Below, piece after piece: positions 10,123 through 20,392 of a stretch of 35,698 bases of DNA; the first letter of the stretch is position 1, and each line of letters starts with the position of its first letter. The notes under the pieces are model-generated. The model was not told the origin of the DNA. It saw only the letters and a program-made list of their open reading frames with translations, and made no database searches. A program made the translations under genes and the position numbers. Source of the DNA: Phycisphaerales bacterium UBA966 (GTDB lineage: Bacteria; Planctomycetota; Phycisphaerae; Phycisphaerales; SM1A02); the NCBI GenBank assembly GCA_002292895.1, contig DBCE01000188.1, forward strand, positions 896 to 36,593, given 5' to 3'.

Positions 10123-10136
10123 GGATGCGTGGAACG

Positions 10137-10850
10137 CTACTCGACTGCCACCAGGGACTCACCGAACCGGTACCCAACGCCGCGGACGGTTTCCACGCAC
10201 CCAGCGAGTTCGCCAAGTTTCTTGCGCAGGGCCGTGACGTGAACGTCAATGGTGCGGCTGGAGAGGATGACGTTGCGGCCGTGCACCGCTGCGATGATTT
10301 GGTCCCGCGTTCGGACGAAACCGGGGCGTTGCGCCAAGTGATTGAGGATGCCGAATTCTGTCACCGTCAGTTCAACGACGCTGCCATCAACGCTGACCAC
10401 ATGGCGATCAGGATCGATCACCAGTCGGCGATCGAGTCGCTCCAGGCGGTTGTCATCACCGGTGTTCTGCTCTTCGAGTTTGCGGCGCAACACGGCCCGT
10501 ACGCGGGCCATCAGAATGCGTGGGCTGAATGGCTTGACCACGTAGTCATCGGCGCCGATTTCAAGTCCGGTGACGATGTCGGTCTCTTCGCCCTTGGCGG
10601 TCACCATGACGATCGGAAGTTCGCGGGTCTCCGGCCACTGCTTGAGTCGTCGGCAGATTTCCAGGCCGCCGACATCGGGCAGCATGAGGTCAAGGATCAG
10701 GAGGTCCGGCGTTTCGCGCTTCACTTGATCAAGCGCAACCTTGCCGGTGCCCACGGTTCGTGCGTCCATGCCTTCGCGGTCGCAGTGGAATCGGATCAGC
10801 TCGGCAATGTCGGGCTCGTCTTCAACGATCAGGACAGATGGCTTTGCCAT
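10137..10850 (-). CDS. phoB: OmpR/PhoB-family response regulator
   Basis: IVEDE, LILDLMLP, GADDYVVKPFS, RTIDVHVTALRKKL, TVRGVGY. Heads the phoR-pst cluster. Confidence 0.92.
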   Translation of the reverse strand: MAKPSVLIVEDEPDIAELIRFHCDREGMDARTVGTGKVALDQVKRETPDLLILDLMLPDVGGLEICRRLKQWPETRELPIVMVTAKGEETDIVTGLEIGADDYVVKPFSPRILMARVRAVLRRKLEEQNTGDDNRLERLDRRLVIDPDRHVVSVDGSVVELTVTEFGILNHLAQRPGFVRTRDQIIAAVHGRNVILSSRTIDVHVTALRKKLGELAGCVETVRGVGYRFGESLVAVE

Positions 10851-10920
10851 TGTGGGAGTGCTCTACTGTGATAGGAGTCAGGGCTGGACAGATCAGTGAG
10901 GTAGTTTGGCGGGGCGGTGT

Positions 10921-12066
10921 TCAGGTCGTGTTCAGCGCAGGTGGGGAGTTTGCAGCACTTGAACGAATCCATGTTCCGGAGGGTAGGAGCGAAGGGGATG
11001 CGCGCTGGGTCACTGCCGGGAGCGCGATATCAAGTCCGTCGGCAGCAAGTGCCCCCAGGATGGCCCATTCGAGTGCTTCGCGGCAGGAAACCGGCACGCC
11101 CAAGTCTGAAGAAGCAATCACCTTGCAGTTGGCGGTGATGGCAATCGCTGCGCACAGCCTGCCATGGCGAGCGCCGCCGCCCGCGACCACCGCATCGTGG
11201 ACGCCGGACTGACGGATCGCGGAACCGATCGCTTCACCGGTGGCATCAGCAGCGGTGGCGAGCAGGTCGGCGGGTGCCAAGTGTGGCGTGTGGCGATCGA
11301 CCCAGGCGAAGAATTCATCGCCGGTGCCAAGGCTGCGGCCATCCGCGCGGGGGGCGAGAAGCGCGCGGAGTTCTGCAAAGGCAGCATCGTTGCGCGTGCC
11401 GTTGGCGGCCACGGCGCCGCCGGAGTCATAGGGCTGGTCGATCGCGCTGCGCGCGGCGTGGTCGAGCAGTTGATTGCACGCGCACAGGTCAGCGCCACGA
11501 ATAGCAGCCACTTGTTGCGCGTGCGTTCGATCATCATCGGCGGGAAGGAACGTGGCGTTGGCAAAGCCCCCGAGGTTGATGACGGCGCGCGGATGTGCAG
11601 TGCGGAAGAGAATCCAATCGGCAAGCGGGGTGAGTGGGGCGCCTTGCCCGCCGAGCGCCAAGTCCGCGCCGCGCAGGTCAAACACCACATCGCACTGCAG
11701 CGCCAGTGCAACCGGATGCGCGTTCAGCAGCTGCCAACTTTCCGGCGGTCGATGAAAGACCGTTTGACCATGTAAGGCGGCAAGATCTACGTGGGGGATG
11801 CCGGCGCTCCGAAGAAGTTCGATGGATTCCCGTGCGTGCAGCACGCCGAGTTCGCGTGCGATGGCAGCGAATTCGCTGGCGGGCATCGGATGTTGGTTGG
11901 CGGCGGCGCGGAGGCGATCGGCAAGGGGACCGAGCGGAGCAGAGCGCTCCGCGAGCAGTGTGGCGCGCATGGCCAGGCCGGCGCCATCGATACTGGCAAC
12001 GGCGAGATCGATGCCATCGATGCTCGTGCCAGTCATTGCTCCAAGGACGAGGCGGGTTCGTTGCAT
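10921..12066 (-). CDS. anmK: anhydro-N-acetylmuramic acid kinase
   Basis: GAMTGTSIDGIDLA, HGQTVFH, DLALGGQGAPL, NLGGFANAT, AGGGA, REA..WAILG. Confidence 0.9.
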   Translation of the reverse strand: MQRTRLVLGAMTGTSIDGIDLAVASIDGAGLAMRATLLAERSAPLGPLADRLRAAANQHPMPASEFAAIARELGVLHARESIELLRSAGIPHVDLAALHGQTVFHRPPESWQLLNAHPVALALQCDVVFDLRGADLALGGQGAPLTPLADWILFRTAHPRAVINLGGFANATFLPADDDRTHAQQVAAIRGADLCACNQLLDHAARSAIDQPYDSGGAVAANGTRNDAAFAELRALLAPRADGRSLGTGDEFFAWVDRHTPHLAPADLLATAADATGEAIGSAIRQSGVHDAVVAGGGARHGRLCAAIAITANCKVIASSDLGVPVSCREALEWAILGALAADGLDIALPAVTQRASPSLLPSGTWIRSSAANSPPALNTT

Positions 12067-12149
12067 GAGTGCGGATGTTCGCAGTGCGGAGCCTGGCGGT
12101 CAAGCATGGCGGTTCGCGTGCGTTGCTGAGAAGCGCATACACTCGCGGG

Positions 12150-13139
12150 ATGCCTCGTTCATTGGTTACAGGTGGTGCCGGTTTCCTTGGTTCGCATCTG
12201 TGCGACTCGCTGATTGCGTCTGGTCACAGCGTGATCTGCCTTGACAACTTGTTCACGGGTAATCGGCAGAACATTGCGCATCTGGATGGAAAGCGCGGAT
12301 TCACGTTCGTGCATCACGATGTGGTTCATCCCTTTGACTTTGATGTTGATTACATCTGGAACATGGCATGTCCAGCGGCTCCCGGGCATTACCGATACGA
12401 ACCGGTGAAGACCATGATGACTTCGGTTCTTGGAGCACTGCATTCGCTGCAGTTGGCTCATCGCACGGGCGCGCGCCTGTTGCATGCTTCCACCAGCGAG
12501 GTGTACGGAGATCCAGAGGTTCATCCGCAGCCAGAGTCATACCGAGGCAACGTCAATCCGATTGGTCCGCGCGCGTGTTACGACGAGGGCAAGCGTGCCG
12601 CAGAAACGCTGTGCTTTGATTACCGACGCATGCACGGAACATCTATCAAAGTAGTACGAATCTTCAATACGTACGGGCCGCGCATGCATCCGTATGACGG
12701 GCGTGTAGTCAGCAATTTCATTCGACAAGCGGTTGGCGGCGAGGCACTGACGATCTTTGGCGATGGATCGCAGACGCGTTCGTTCTGCTACGTGGACGAC
12801 TTGATTGCAGGTTTCCGACTGATGATGGATTCGCGCGAGGAATTCACGGGCCCCGTGAATATGGGCAATCCGCATGAGTTCACCATGTTGGAATTGGCGC
12901 ACGCCGTTGCGCGCGACGCGGGATGCACGGCGCAGATTGAGCATCGGCCACTGCCGATGGATGATCCGCTGCAGCGGCAGCCAGACATCACGCTTGCCAA
13001 GCGCGAGCTTGGGTGGAATTCCAAGATCAATATTGCGGAAGGAATTCCTCGCACTATTGAGTGGTTCCGCACCATTCGTTTGTCGGACTACCCACCGCCA
13101 AGCCCGAACGTGATGCAGCCGGAAACTCAGGCCAAGTAA
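12150..13139 (+). CDS. UDP-glucuronate decarboxylase (UDP-xylose synthase family, extended SDR)
   Basis: [64 protein letters not shown]. Confidence 0.92.
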   Translation: MPRSLVTGGAGFLGSHLCDSLIASGHSVICLDNLFTGNRQNIAHLDGKRGFTFVHHDVVHPFDFDVDYIWNMACPAAPGHYRYEPVKTMMTSVLGALHSLQLAHRTGARLLHASTSEVYGDPEVHPQPESYRGNVNPIGPRACYDEGKRAAETLCFDYRRMHGTSIKVVRIFNTYGPRMHPYDGRVVSNFIRQAVGGEALTIFGDGSQTRSFCYVDDLIAGFRLMMDSREEFTGPVNMGNPHEFTMLELAHAVARDAGCTAQIEHRPLPMDDPLQRQPDITLAKRELGWNSKINIAEGIPRTIEWFRTIRLSDYPPPSPNVMQPETQAK

Positions 13140-13371
13140 GGCAACGAGGGGGAGTCCGCGGGTGGCTTTCGTAGGCCTGCGGGGTGCCGAACGCCCAATT
13201 CTGCCTGACCGTGGCCCCGGGCATCCCCGTCCAGAATTTCGCCAAAGAAAAAGGGCTTGATGTCGCAGATACTTCACTTTGAGGTCGTACTGTTCCCTCA
13301 TCGCCAGTCCGGTTCGGGCCTGGTGGTGGGTGCCCGCGAGGCGGAATACCCGAAAATTTACCGAACAGACC

Positions 13372-13440
13372 TTGACAAGTCCGATGGTTTGGGAGAACCT
13401 ACCAAACACCGAACAACCATCGGCTTACTCAAACAGTGAA
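13372..13440 (+). promoter_or_regulatory. recA promoter region with an inverted repeat and a direct repeat (candidate operator)
   Basis: TTGACA at 13372; inverted repeat CCGATGGTT (13381-13389)/AACCATCGG (13415-13423); CAAACAnnGAA at 13403 and 13430. No clean -10 element. Confidence 0.35.
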
Positions 13441-13539
13441 ACGCGCATGACCCGCAAAGTACGCGGAATGCAGAGTGTGCAAGGAACGCAGCACGGTGAC
13501 CCAGACGGGTTGCCCCAACCGACGGAGCGAAAGAAACAG

Positions 13540-14841
13540 ATGGCACAGACGACCACGACGGCGAACACCACCACGAACGGAACCCCGGCCTCGGCCGCCC
13601 GCACCTCCAGCACCACCTCCGGCGCGGCGGTGGCGACCCCCGCAGGGCGCGAGAACTTTGGGAAGATGGGCTCCATGCCAACCACCCCCAACAAGTCGTC
13701 CGATTCCCGCGTTGATGTCAAGACTGACGTCAAGAGCGAAGTCAAGGACGCAAAGTCTGCCGCAGCAGCAAAGCCAACAGTGAAGTTGACGCCCGCAGAA
13801 CTGACCGCGCGTACCGCGAAGTCCAAGGCGCTTGAGGCGGCCGTTGGACAGATTGAGAAGAACTTCGGTAAGGGATCGATCATGCGTCTCGACAACGAGA
13901 CCGTGCCGGTGATCCCGTCGATTTCGAGCGGTGCGCTCAGTCTTGATATTGCCCTCGGTGGACGCGGACTCCCGCGCGGTCGAGTGGTGGAGGTCTTCGG
14001 GCCAGAAAGTTCTGGTAAGACGACCCTGGCTCTCACGGTCATTGCCAACAGTCAGAAGAACGGTGGCGTGGCCGCGTTCATCGATGCTGAGCATGCGCTT
14101 GATCCATCGTGGGCCAAGCGTCTGGGTGTGAACCTTGACGAAATTCTGGTGTCGCAGCCCGATACGGGCGAGCAGGCGCTGGAGATCTGCGAGATGCTCG
14201 TGCGTTCCAATGCGGTGGATGTCATCGTGGTTGACTCGGTGGCGGCATTGATCCCACGCGCGGAAATCGAAGGTGAAATGGGTGATAGTCACGTTGGTTT
14301 GCAGGCGCGGCTCATGAGCCAGGCACTGCGCAAGCTGACGGGCGCCATCGCGAAGAGTGAGTGCATCGTGATCTTTATCAATCAGCTGCGCGAGAAGATC
14401 GGCGTCATGTTCGGATCGCCCGAAACAACGACCGGCGGACGTGCGCTGAAGTTCTACTCATCGGTGCGCATTGATATTCGCCGTATTGGCGCGATCAAGG
14501 ATGGCGACCGCAATGTTGGTAATCGTGTGCGTGCGAAGGTAGTGAAGAACAAGGTTGCGCCGCCGTTCCGCGAGGCCGAGTTTGACATCATGTTTGAGGA
14601 GGGCATCTCCGTGTCGGGAGACATTCTCGACCTGTCAGTGCTCGACGGCGTGGTGGACAAGGCTGGTGCTTGGTTCAGCTTCGGAGATGTGCGACTTGGA
14701 CAGGGTCGTGAGGCATCGAAGTTGTTCCTGCGCCAGAACCCAAACCTGATGGAAGAGATTCGCCGCGAGGTCTTGACCAAGCGGTTGGCGAATCCATCGG
14801 CGCCGACTAAGGCTGCACCTGCACCTGCTGCTGACGATTGA
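13540..14841 (+). CDS. recA: recombinase RecA with long low-complexity N-terminal extension
   Basis: [73 protein letters not shown]. No intein. Start inferred at MAQTTT. Confidence 0.97.
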   Translation: MAQTTTTANTTTNGTPASAARTSSTTSGAAVATPAGRENFGKMGSMPTTPNKSSDSRVDVKTDVKSEVKDAKSAAAAKPTVKLTPAELTARTAKSKALEAAVGQIEKNFGKGSIMRLDNETVPVIPSISSGALSLDIALGGRGLPRGRVVEVFGPESSGKTTLALTVIANSQKNGGVAAFIDAEHALDPSWAKRLGVNLDEILVSQPDTGEQALEICEMLVRSNAVDVIVVDSVAALIPRAEIEGEMGDSHVGLQARLMSQALRKLTGAIAKSECIVIFINQLREKIGVMFGSPETTTGGRALKFYSSVRIDIRRIGAIKDGDRNVGNRVRAKVVKNKVAPPFREAEFDIMFEEGISVSGDILDLSVLDGVVDKAGAWFSFGDVRLGQGREASKLFLRQNPNLMEEIRREVLTKRLANPSAPTKAAPAPAADD

Positions 14842-14870
14842 TTTCACTGCTGTCGGAGGTAGTGAATTTC

Positions 14871-14908
14871 CAGCGCCGGACGCCCCACGACGGTGGCGTC
14901 CGGCGCTG
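14871..14908. terminator. GC-rich hairpin between convergent recA and tsaD
   Basis: 14-bp perfect stem CAGCGCCGGACGCC/GGCGTCCGGCGCTG, with a second smaller hairpin at 14843-14867. No strong U-tract. Confidence 0.6.
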
Positions 14909-14969
14909 TGCATTGGCGTTGTGCACGCGGTGCGTCGGCGTTCCGCATCAGCGCTCGCTGCGCGGATGT

Positions 14970-16118
14970 TTAGCAACGGCCGAGCAAGGAGTGCGAGCGC
15001 GGAGCGAGGCGCAAGGTGTCGTGTTCGTGGGCCGCGTATCGCCAGTGGGCAAGGGCGGCGATCATGGCGGCGTTGTCAACGCAATATTTCTGAGCCGGTA
15101 AGCGGACATCGATGCCGTGCGTCGTGCCGAACTGTGTCAATTCGGCGCGCAGGTGGCGGTTGGCAGTGACCCCGCCGCCCACGAGGAGCGTTGCGGGGCG
15201 ATCGTTCTCTGCTTCGAGCCTTTCAAGTGCGCGCTTGAGCACGTCCATGACTTGGTTGACCGCGGCTGACTGAAAGCTGGCGGCAAGGTCAGACACGCGC
15301 TGCTCGGTGAGTGGCAGTGGTGGTCGGGGCGCGGGTCGATTGGCAACGGGTGGGATGCCGCGCACTGCGTAGAGCAGGGCGGTCTTCATGCCGCTGAAAC
15401 TAAAATCAAGCGTGCGTTCGGTTGATTGACCGCCTTCGCGGGCGCTGCGCGCAGTCAGCCGTGGGGTAGGGAATCGCATGGCCGCTGGATCGCCCAACGA
15501 ACTGCGCTCGTCCAAGAGTGGCCCGCCTGGGTAGCCGAGTGATAGCAGTGTGGCTGCTTTGTCGAACGCCTCGCCAATGGCGTCGTCGATGGTGCGGCCG
15601 AGGAGTTTCATCGACCGCGGTCCGTCCATGCGAAAGAGATGCGTGTGTCCACCGGAGGCCACCAAGCCAAGCGCTGGCCAACGAACCGGCGGAGCATCCA
15701 GCAGCCCCGCCACCAAGTGCGCGGCAATGTGGTCAATGCCGATCACTGGAATGCCCAACGACCAGGCATATGCCTTTGCCGCCGCATTGCCAACGAGGAG
15801 CGATCCAATCAATCCGGGTCGATTGCCAACAGCAACCGCGCTGACGTGCTTGCCTTGCAGATCCGCGCTTCGCAGCGCCTCGCGAACCACCGGGACGATC
15901 CGTTCCAGATGCGCACGACTGGCAAGCTCCGGCACCACGCCTGCGTAGCGCGCATGAATTTCATGTTGCGTACTCACCACGTTTGAAAGGACGCGGGGCG
16001 CACCATCGCGCCACTCCACAATGCTTGCGGCGGTTTCGTCGCAACTGGTCTCGATACCCAGAATGAGCGTGCCATCAGTGGGCTGGTGCGGCGGATTGTT
16101 CGGCGCGGATGGACTCAC
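14970..16118 (-). CDS. tsaD: tRNA N6-threonylcarbamoyladenosine synthase TsaD
   Basis: LGIETSCDET, GVVPELASRAH, DHIAAH, ASGGHT, TIDDAIGEAFDK, FSFSGMKT, DNAAMIA. Has a 4-nt overlap with the S41 gene. Confidence 0.96.
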   Translation of the reverse strand: MSPSAPNNPPHQPTDGTLILGIETSCDETAASIVEWRDGAPRVLSNVVSTQHEIHARYAGVVPELASRAHLERIVPVVREALRSADLQGKHVSAVAVGNRPGLIGSLLVGNAAAKAYAWSLGIPVIGIDHIAAHLVAGLLDAPPVRWPALGLVASGGHTHLFRMDGPRSMKLLGRTIDDAIGEAFDKAATLLSLGYPGGPLLDERSSLGDPAAMRFPTPRLTARSAREGGQSTERTLDFSFSGMKTALLYAVRGIPPVANRPAPRPPLPLTEQRVSDLAASFQSAAVNQVMDVLKRALERLEAENDRPATLLVGGGVTANRHLRAELTQFGTTHGIDVRLPAQKYCVDNAAMIAALAHWRYAAHEHDTLRLAPRSHSLLGRC

Positions 16119-17782
16119 TTACCCTCCGGCTCGCGCGCAGGCGTGTATTCCGGGGCAGGAATGGCGCTTGCACCAATACCGGTGCGCAGTGCCGATGGGT
16201 CCTTGACGATCCAGCGGCCGATGACATGGCCATCGCGGTCGCGGAGTTCAACGGCGCCATCGATAAGCGACGCGTCGTTGCCAAGAATCGGATCATCCAC
16301 ACCGGCGCCGCCGCCGCGGAGGGTGCTGATCGCCTGATCTGTCTTATGAAGTTCATCAAGTAATCGCCGGCGGTATTCGATGCTCGATCGCAACTCATCG
16401 TTGCCAGCGCCGACGTCACCGGAGAGGTCGCCGACGACTGGCCATTCCACCATGTCGAGGTAACCCTGTATGGCGTCTACCGCCCCAGCAAGTTGCGGAT
16501 CATGCGCCACGCGAGTGATGGACGCCGACGAACTCCAGATCACTGGTGGCGAAGCAACGGCGCCGCCTGCTTCGCGCAATTGGCGTGCCGCTGCGCGGGC
16601 GATCGATTCTTGCTCTGTCATGGGCACGCGAAACCCCGTGTCTGGTTCAACGCCCCAGCGCGATGCGCCAACGGCGCGATGCGGCGAGGTGCCGCTCGGT
16701 AAGTAATAGCGAGCAGTGGTGATCTTGACCGTGCCGGCGCCGTCAGGAAGTTGCAGCACATCTTGCACACTGCCCTTACCGTAGGAACGGGTGCCGATGA
16801 TCTTGGCGCAGCCGTTGTCGCGCAATGCACCCGCCACTACTTCGCTGGCGCTTGCACTTCCTTGGTTGATGAGCACCACCATCGGAATGTGCAGGTCTTC
16901 CGGTGACGATGTTGCGTCCCACGTTCGACCAGTGTCGCCACGGCCGCGAATACTGACAATCGCCCCTTCGGAGATGAATCGATCCACCACCCCGACAGCA
17001 GCAGTGAGCGAGCCTCCGCCATTGTCACGCAAATCAAGAATGATGCCGGAAACGCCGTCGGCACGAATCCGTGCAAGTGCGGCATCAACTTCTGCAAGCG
17101 TTCGATCATTGAACTGCGCGATCCGAATGTACGCCACGCGCCGGTCCGGATCGATGGTAAAGCGCCAACCGTCCGCGTCGCGGAGTATGCCCTTCACGCT
17201 TGGCGTTTCCACCACACGGCGCGGCACATTGAGCGTTCGTTCATTGCCATCGGCGCGGCGAATCACCAACGCCGCCACGGTGCCGGGCGCGCCCGGAAGG
17301 AGCGACTCCAGCGTGGCAGCGCCGATTCCTTCAGTGGACTTTCCATCAACAGAGAGAATGGTGTCGCCCGCCAAGATGCCCGCTTCCATCGCTGGCGATC
17401 CGTCGATGGCGGTAATCACGATCGGCCGGCCATCGTCAAGGTCCAACTCAACGCCGATACCCACATAGCTTCCCGACAGTTGTCTACGGAATGCGCCCTC
17501 GTCAGCGGGCGGAATGTAAACGGTGTACGGATCGCCAAGCGCTTTGGTCATCGCCTCCATGGCGGCACGCTGCATCGCGGGCGCATCAATTGGATCGACG
17601 TAACTACCCACAAGGAGCGCGCGCAGGTCGATGATTGGATCGAGCCAGCGATAGGCGCCCTCGGTGGCAGGTGGCACGGTGCGCGCGCCATCATCGGTTG
17701 ATTGGGGCATTCCAGCCAGCAACGCGGGCGCCAGAAGCGCGACGAATGCAGCAGAAGCGAGGAACATTGTGAATCGGACCAC
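16115..17782 (-). CDS. S41 family carboxy-terminal processing protease (PDZ + peptidase S41)
   Basis: Signal/TM segment, LGDPYT, GIGVEL, LDLRDNGGG, SASASEVVAGALRD, GKGSVQ, TTARYYLPSG. Start is GTG 17782 (TATCAT 6 nt upstream) or ATG 17806/17767. Confidence 0.92.
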   Translation of the reverse strand: MVRFTMFLASAAFVALLAPALLAGMPQSTDDGARTVPPATEGAYRWLDPIIDLRALLVGSYVDPIDAPAMQRAAMEAMTKALGDPYTVYIPPADEGAFRRQLSGSYVGIGVELDLDDGRPIVITAIDGSPAMEAGILAGDTILSVDGKSTEGIGAATLESLLPGAPGTVAALVIRRADGNERTLNVPRRVVETPSVKGILRDADGWRFTIDPDRRVAYIRIAQFNDRTLAEVDAALARIRADGVSGIILDLRDNGGGSLTAAVGVVDRFISEGAIVSIRGRGDTGRTWDATSSPEDLHIPMVVLINQGSASASEVVAGALRDNGCAKIIGTRSYGKGSVQDVLQLPDGAGTVKITTARYYLPSGTSPHRAVGASRWGVEPDTGFRVPMTEQESIARAAARQLREAGGAVASPPVIWSSSASITRVAHDPQLAGAVDAIQGYLDMVEWPVVGDLSGDVGAGNDELRSSIEYRRRLLDELHKTDQAISTLRGGGAGVDDPILGNDASLIDGAVELRDRDGHVIGRWIVKDPSALRTGIGASAIPAPEYTPAREPEGK

Positions 17783-17828
17783 GCGGCGATGATAGGGGCG
17801 CGCCATCCCGTCCTACAATCCTTCCCAC

Positions 17829-19256
17829 ATGGAAACAGGACGCCACGCAGAAGTCGACATCCGGGCCGAGCCCGCGATCCTTGTCGGCGTCCGCCTTCGA
17901 GATAATGAAACCACCTTCGACGACTCGCTTGCCGAACTACAGGCATTGGCGGAAACAGCCGGGGTGCGTGTGGTGGGCACCCTTGAACAGCGCCGGGTTG
18001 CGCCGCGCGGCAAGACCTACATTGGCAAGGGCAAGGTGGAAGAACTCTCTGCCATGTGCAAGGAGCTTGGTGCCAAGGTTGTGATCTTTGACAACGAACT
18101 CGCTCCCAGTCAGATTGCTGAACTGGAGAAGGCGCTCGAACTCAAAGTGATCGACCGCAGTGAAGTGATCTTGGACATCTTTGCCAACCGCGCCACTACC
18201 AAGCAAGCGCAACTGCAGGTAGAGATTGCGCAGCTTGAGTACACCGCCCCACGACTCCGCGCCATGTGGTCGCACTTGGGACAGGTCACTGGTGGCGCGC
18301 CCGTGGGTGTTGGTACCCGTGGACCCGGCGAGCAGCAGTTGGAGATCGACCGTCGCATCGTCAAGGCAAAGCTGGACAAACTGCGGCGCGAGCTTGGGGA
18401 GATTGAAGGTCGCCGATCACGCGAAGTAAAGCAACGCCGCGATGAGCACTACACCGCAGCGCTGGTTGGTTACACCAATGCCGGTAAGTCGAGCCTCTTC
18501 AATGCATTGACGCGGGGCGGGGCATATGCCGCTGACAAACTCTTTGCAACACTGGGAACACGCGTTGAAAGTTGGAATCTGGCAGGTGGAAACGCAGCCA
18601 TGCTCTCCGACACCGTTGGTTTCGTGCAGCGTCTTCCCCACCATTTGGTAGCGAGCTTTCGTGCCACGCTTGAAGATGCCATTGCCAGTCATGTGATATT
18701 GATCGTTCTTGATGTTGCGGACCCCAGCGCGCTCATGCAGTATGAGACTGTGCAATCGGTGCTTGATGAGATCGGCGCAGATCAACAGCCGCGCATACTG
18801 CTTCTCAACAAGGCTGATCGATTGCCGCCCACCAGAATTGGCATAGACCCGCGAATCACTGAGTGGATGGAGCGCGTTCCCGGAGCGTTGCCCATTTCTG
18901 CGCTGACCGGTGCAGGGCTCCCGGAGCTCTCCGAGCGGGTGCTTGGGCTGATGAAGGGCGACATTCGTGACTGCACGCTTTCAGTTCCGCTCACCGATGG
19001 ACGTGCGGTGGACTTTGTGGAGAAGCGTGTTCCAGTACTGAGCCGCGATTGGACGGAGGCCTACGTACAACTCAAAGTGCAGATTGGTCGCCGGCAACTG
19101 GAACAACTGCTCTCAAGTGGAGTGCGCATGTTGGTGGATGGAATGCCAGCGCACGAAGGGTTGCGATCGTTGTGGCCCGATGTCAAGATTGATGTTGCAC
19201 CGCGCATTCGTCCCCACGATTCCTATGCGGTTGGTCAAGAAGTCGAAGACGAGTGA
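17829..19256 (+). CDS. hflX: ribosome-splitting GTPase HflX
   Basis: YIGKGKVEE, ILDIFANRA, RGPGEQQLEIDRR, GYTNAGKS, LFATL, DTVGF, NKAD. Confidence 0.96.
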   Translation: METGRHAEVDIRAEPAILVGVRLRDNETTFDDSLAELQALAETAGVRVVGTLEQRRVAPRGKTYIGKGKVEELSAMCKELGAKVVIFDNELAPSQIAELEKALELKVIDRSEVILDIFANRATTKQAQLQVEIAQLEYTAPRLRAMWSHLGQVTGGAPVGVGTRGPGEQQLEIDRRIVKAKLDKLRRELGEIEGRRSREVKQRRDEHYTAALVGYTNAGKSSLFNALTRGGAYAADKLFATLGTRVESWNLAGGNAAMLSDTVGFVQRLPHHLVASFRATLEDAIASHVILIVLDVADPSALMQYETVQSVLDEIGADQQPRILLLNKADRLPPTRIGIDPRITEWMERVPGALPISALTGAGLPELSERVLGLMKGDIRDCTLSVPLTDGRAVDFVEKRVPVLSRDWTEAYVQLKVQIGRRQLEQLLSSGVRMLVDGMPAHEGLRSLWPDVKIDVAPRIRPHDSYAVGQEVEDE

Positions 19257-19291
19257 AACCCGCCGTTCAGGCGTAGGTGCCGCCCCGTGGA

Positions 19292-20308
19292 TCACAGTTC
19301 CCGAGTGGCGCCCATCACACGGCTCATGAGTGAAGCCACGGCCCCATCACGAACATGCGGAGTGCCGTGCGGCGCGCGTTCCCAGATATGCGCAGGCGCG
19401 CTGCCATCCACCGGGAACCACGCCACCAACGAACTCATTTCATATTGACCGCGTGCCCAGAATCCGTCCTCGGCACGGCCGTGCGCCACCCGATGTCCGC
19501 GTGGCGGAAATCGATCCCAGCGCTCAATGATGGTTCCGAGCAGCGCAGTTTCGACTGCCTCGTATGCGGCGGATGAATCGCTGGCGATGCAGATGACATT
19601 GACTGCGCCGGGCATGAATTGCGAATACGCCTTGCGAAGTAGCCGCTGAACGCGCGGTATGGCAGCCTCCCAACCCGCATCGACACCGGTTCGAACGGTC
19701 ACGGTGCCTTCCGCGGTTGGTGCCACAATGCGCGCCGCTCCCAACCATGCGCCGTCTTCAGCGCGAACCACCACTTCATCGCCGACGCTTGCTTCACGCA
19801 CGAACGGCTCCAGTGCGTTCCGTAGGGTGAGTAGTTGCGCGTCATTGGCAGTGGGCGACCAACGCACTGCGATGGCGACCGGCCGCTTTATTGCGGAAAG
19901 TTGGCTTAAGACTGCGGGGAGTGGGGTGCTCGACTCCATGGCATGCGGCGCGCCCACGCGTTTGACATGGACCCAGCACTCCACGTTGTTGGAGGCGCGC
20001 ACAAAGAAGTCAGCGTGACGACCGCCCGCAGTTGGTCGTTCGATATCGATCGCGCATCCATCTTCCAACAGTCGACGTGCCAGCACTGCTTCGGCCACCG
20101 TGCTGAGGAATCGATCTTCACGTCCGCTCGGTTCGTCGAGCGCTTCCACGAGGCGGCGAATTTGTCGCCCTGCCACTCGACCGCCGCGGTCAGCGGAGGG
20201 AGGGGTCATCCACGAGAGGATTTCCTCTCGCAGGCGTCGAACATCAATGGGTGAGCCCAAGTCGGGAAGGGTAGCTTCGTTGCGGCCGATGAGCGAAGCG
20301 GGCGTCAT
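19292..20308 (-). CDS. hypothetical protein, possible PD-(D/E)xK nuclease-like fold
   Basis: 338-aa ORF filling the gap between hflX and tRNA-Phe. Pattern AEAVLARRL..G..I.IE...GRHADF.V....WVHVK. Confidence 0.7.
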   Translation of the reverse strand: MTPASLIGRNEATLPDLGSPIDVRRLREEILSWMTPPSADRGGRVAGRQIRRLVEALDEPSGREDRFLSTVAEAVLARRLLEDGCAIDIERPTAGGRHADFFVRASNNVECWVHVKRVGAPHAMESSTPLPAVLSQLSAIKRPVAIAVRWSPTANDAQLLTLRNALEPFVREASVGDEVVVRAEDGAWLGAARIVAPTAEGTVTVRTGVDAGWEAAIPRVQRLLRKAYSQFMPGAVNVICIASDSSAAYEAVETALLGTIIERWDRFPPRGHRVAHGRAEDGFWARGQYEMSSLVAWFPVDGSAPAHIWERAPHGTPHVRDGAVASLMSRVMGATREL

Positions 20309-20351
20309 GCAATCGCAGGTGCGGCTATCGAAGACCGAGTTTCATCATGCG

Positions 20352-20388
20352 AAACGCCGCCCGATCTAGTCAGGATCGGGCGGCGTTT
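20352..20388 (-). terminator. intrinsic terminator-like hairpin after tRNA-Phe
   Basis: 15-bp perfect stem AAACGCCGCCCGATC/GATCGGGCGGCGTTT, 4 nt past the tRNA 3' end. Confidence 0.75.
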
Positions 20389-20392
20389 TGAA

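Noticed and set aside
13279..13539. Further upstream RecA extension (520-aa ORF-track call)
   Set aside because: It overlaps the TTGACA promoter region and lacks coding-like composition. ATG 13540 has GGAG upstream.
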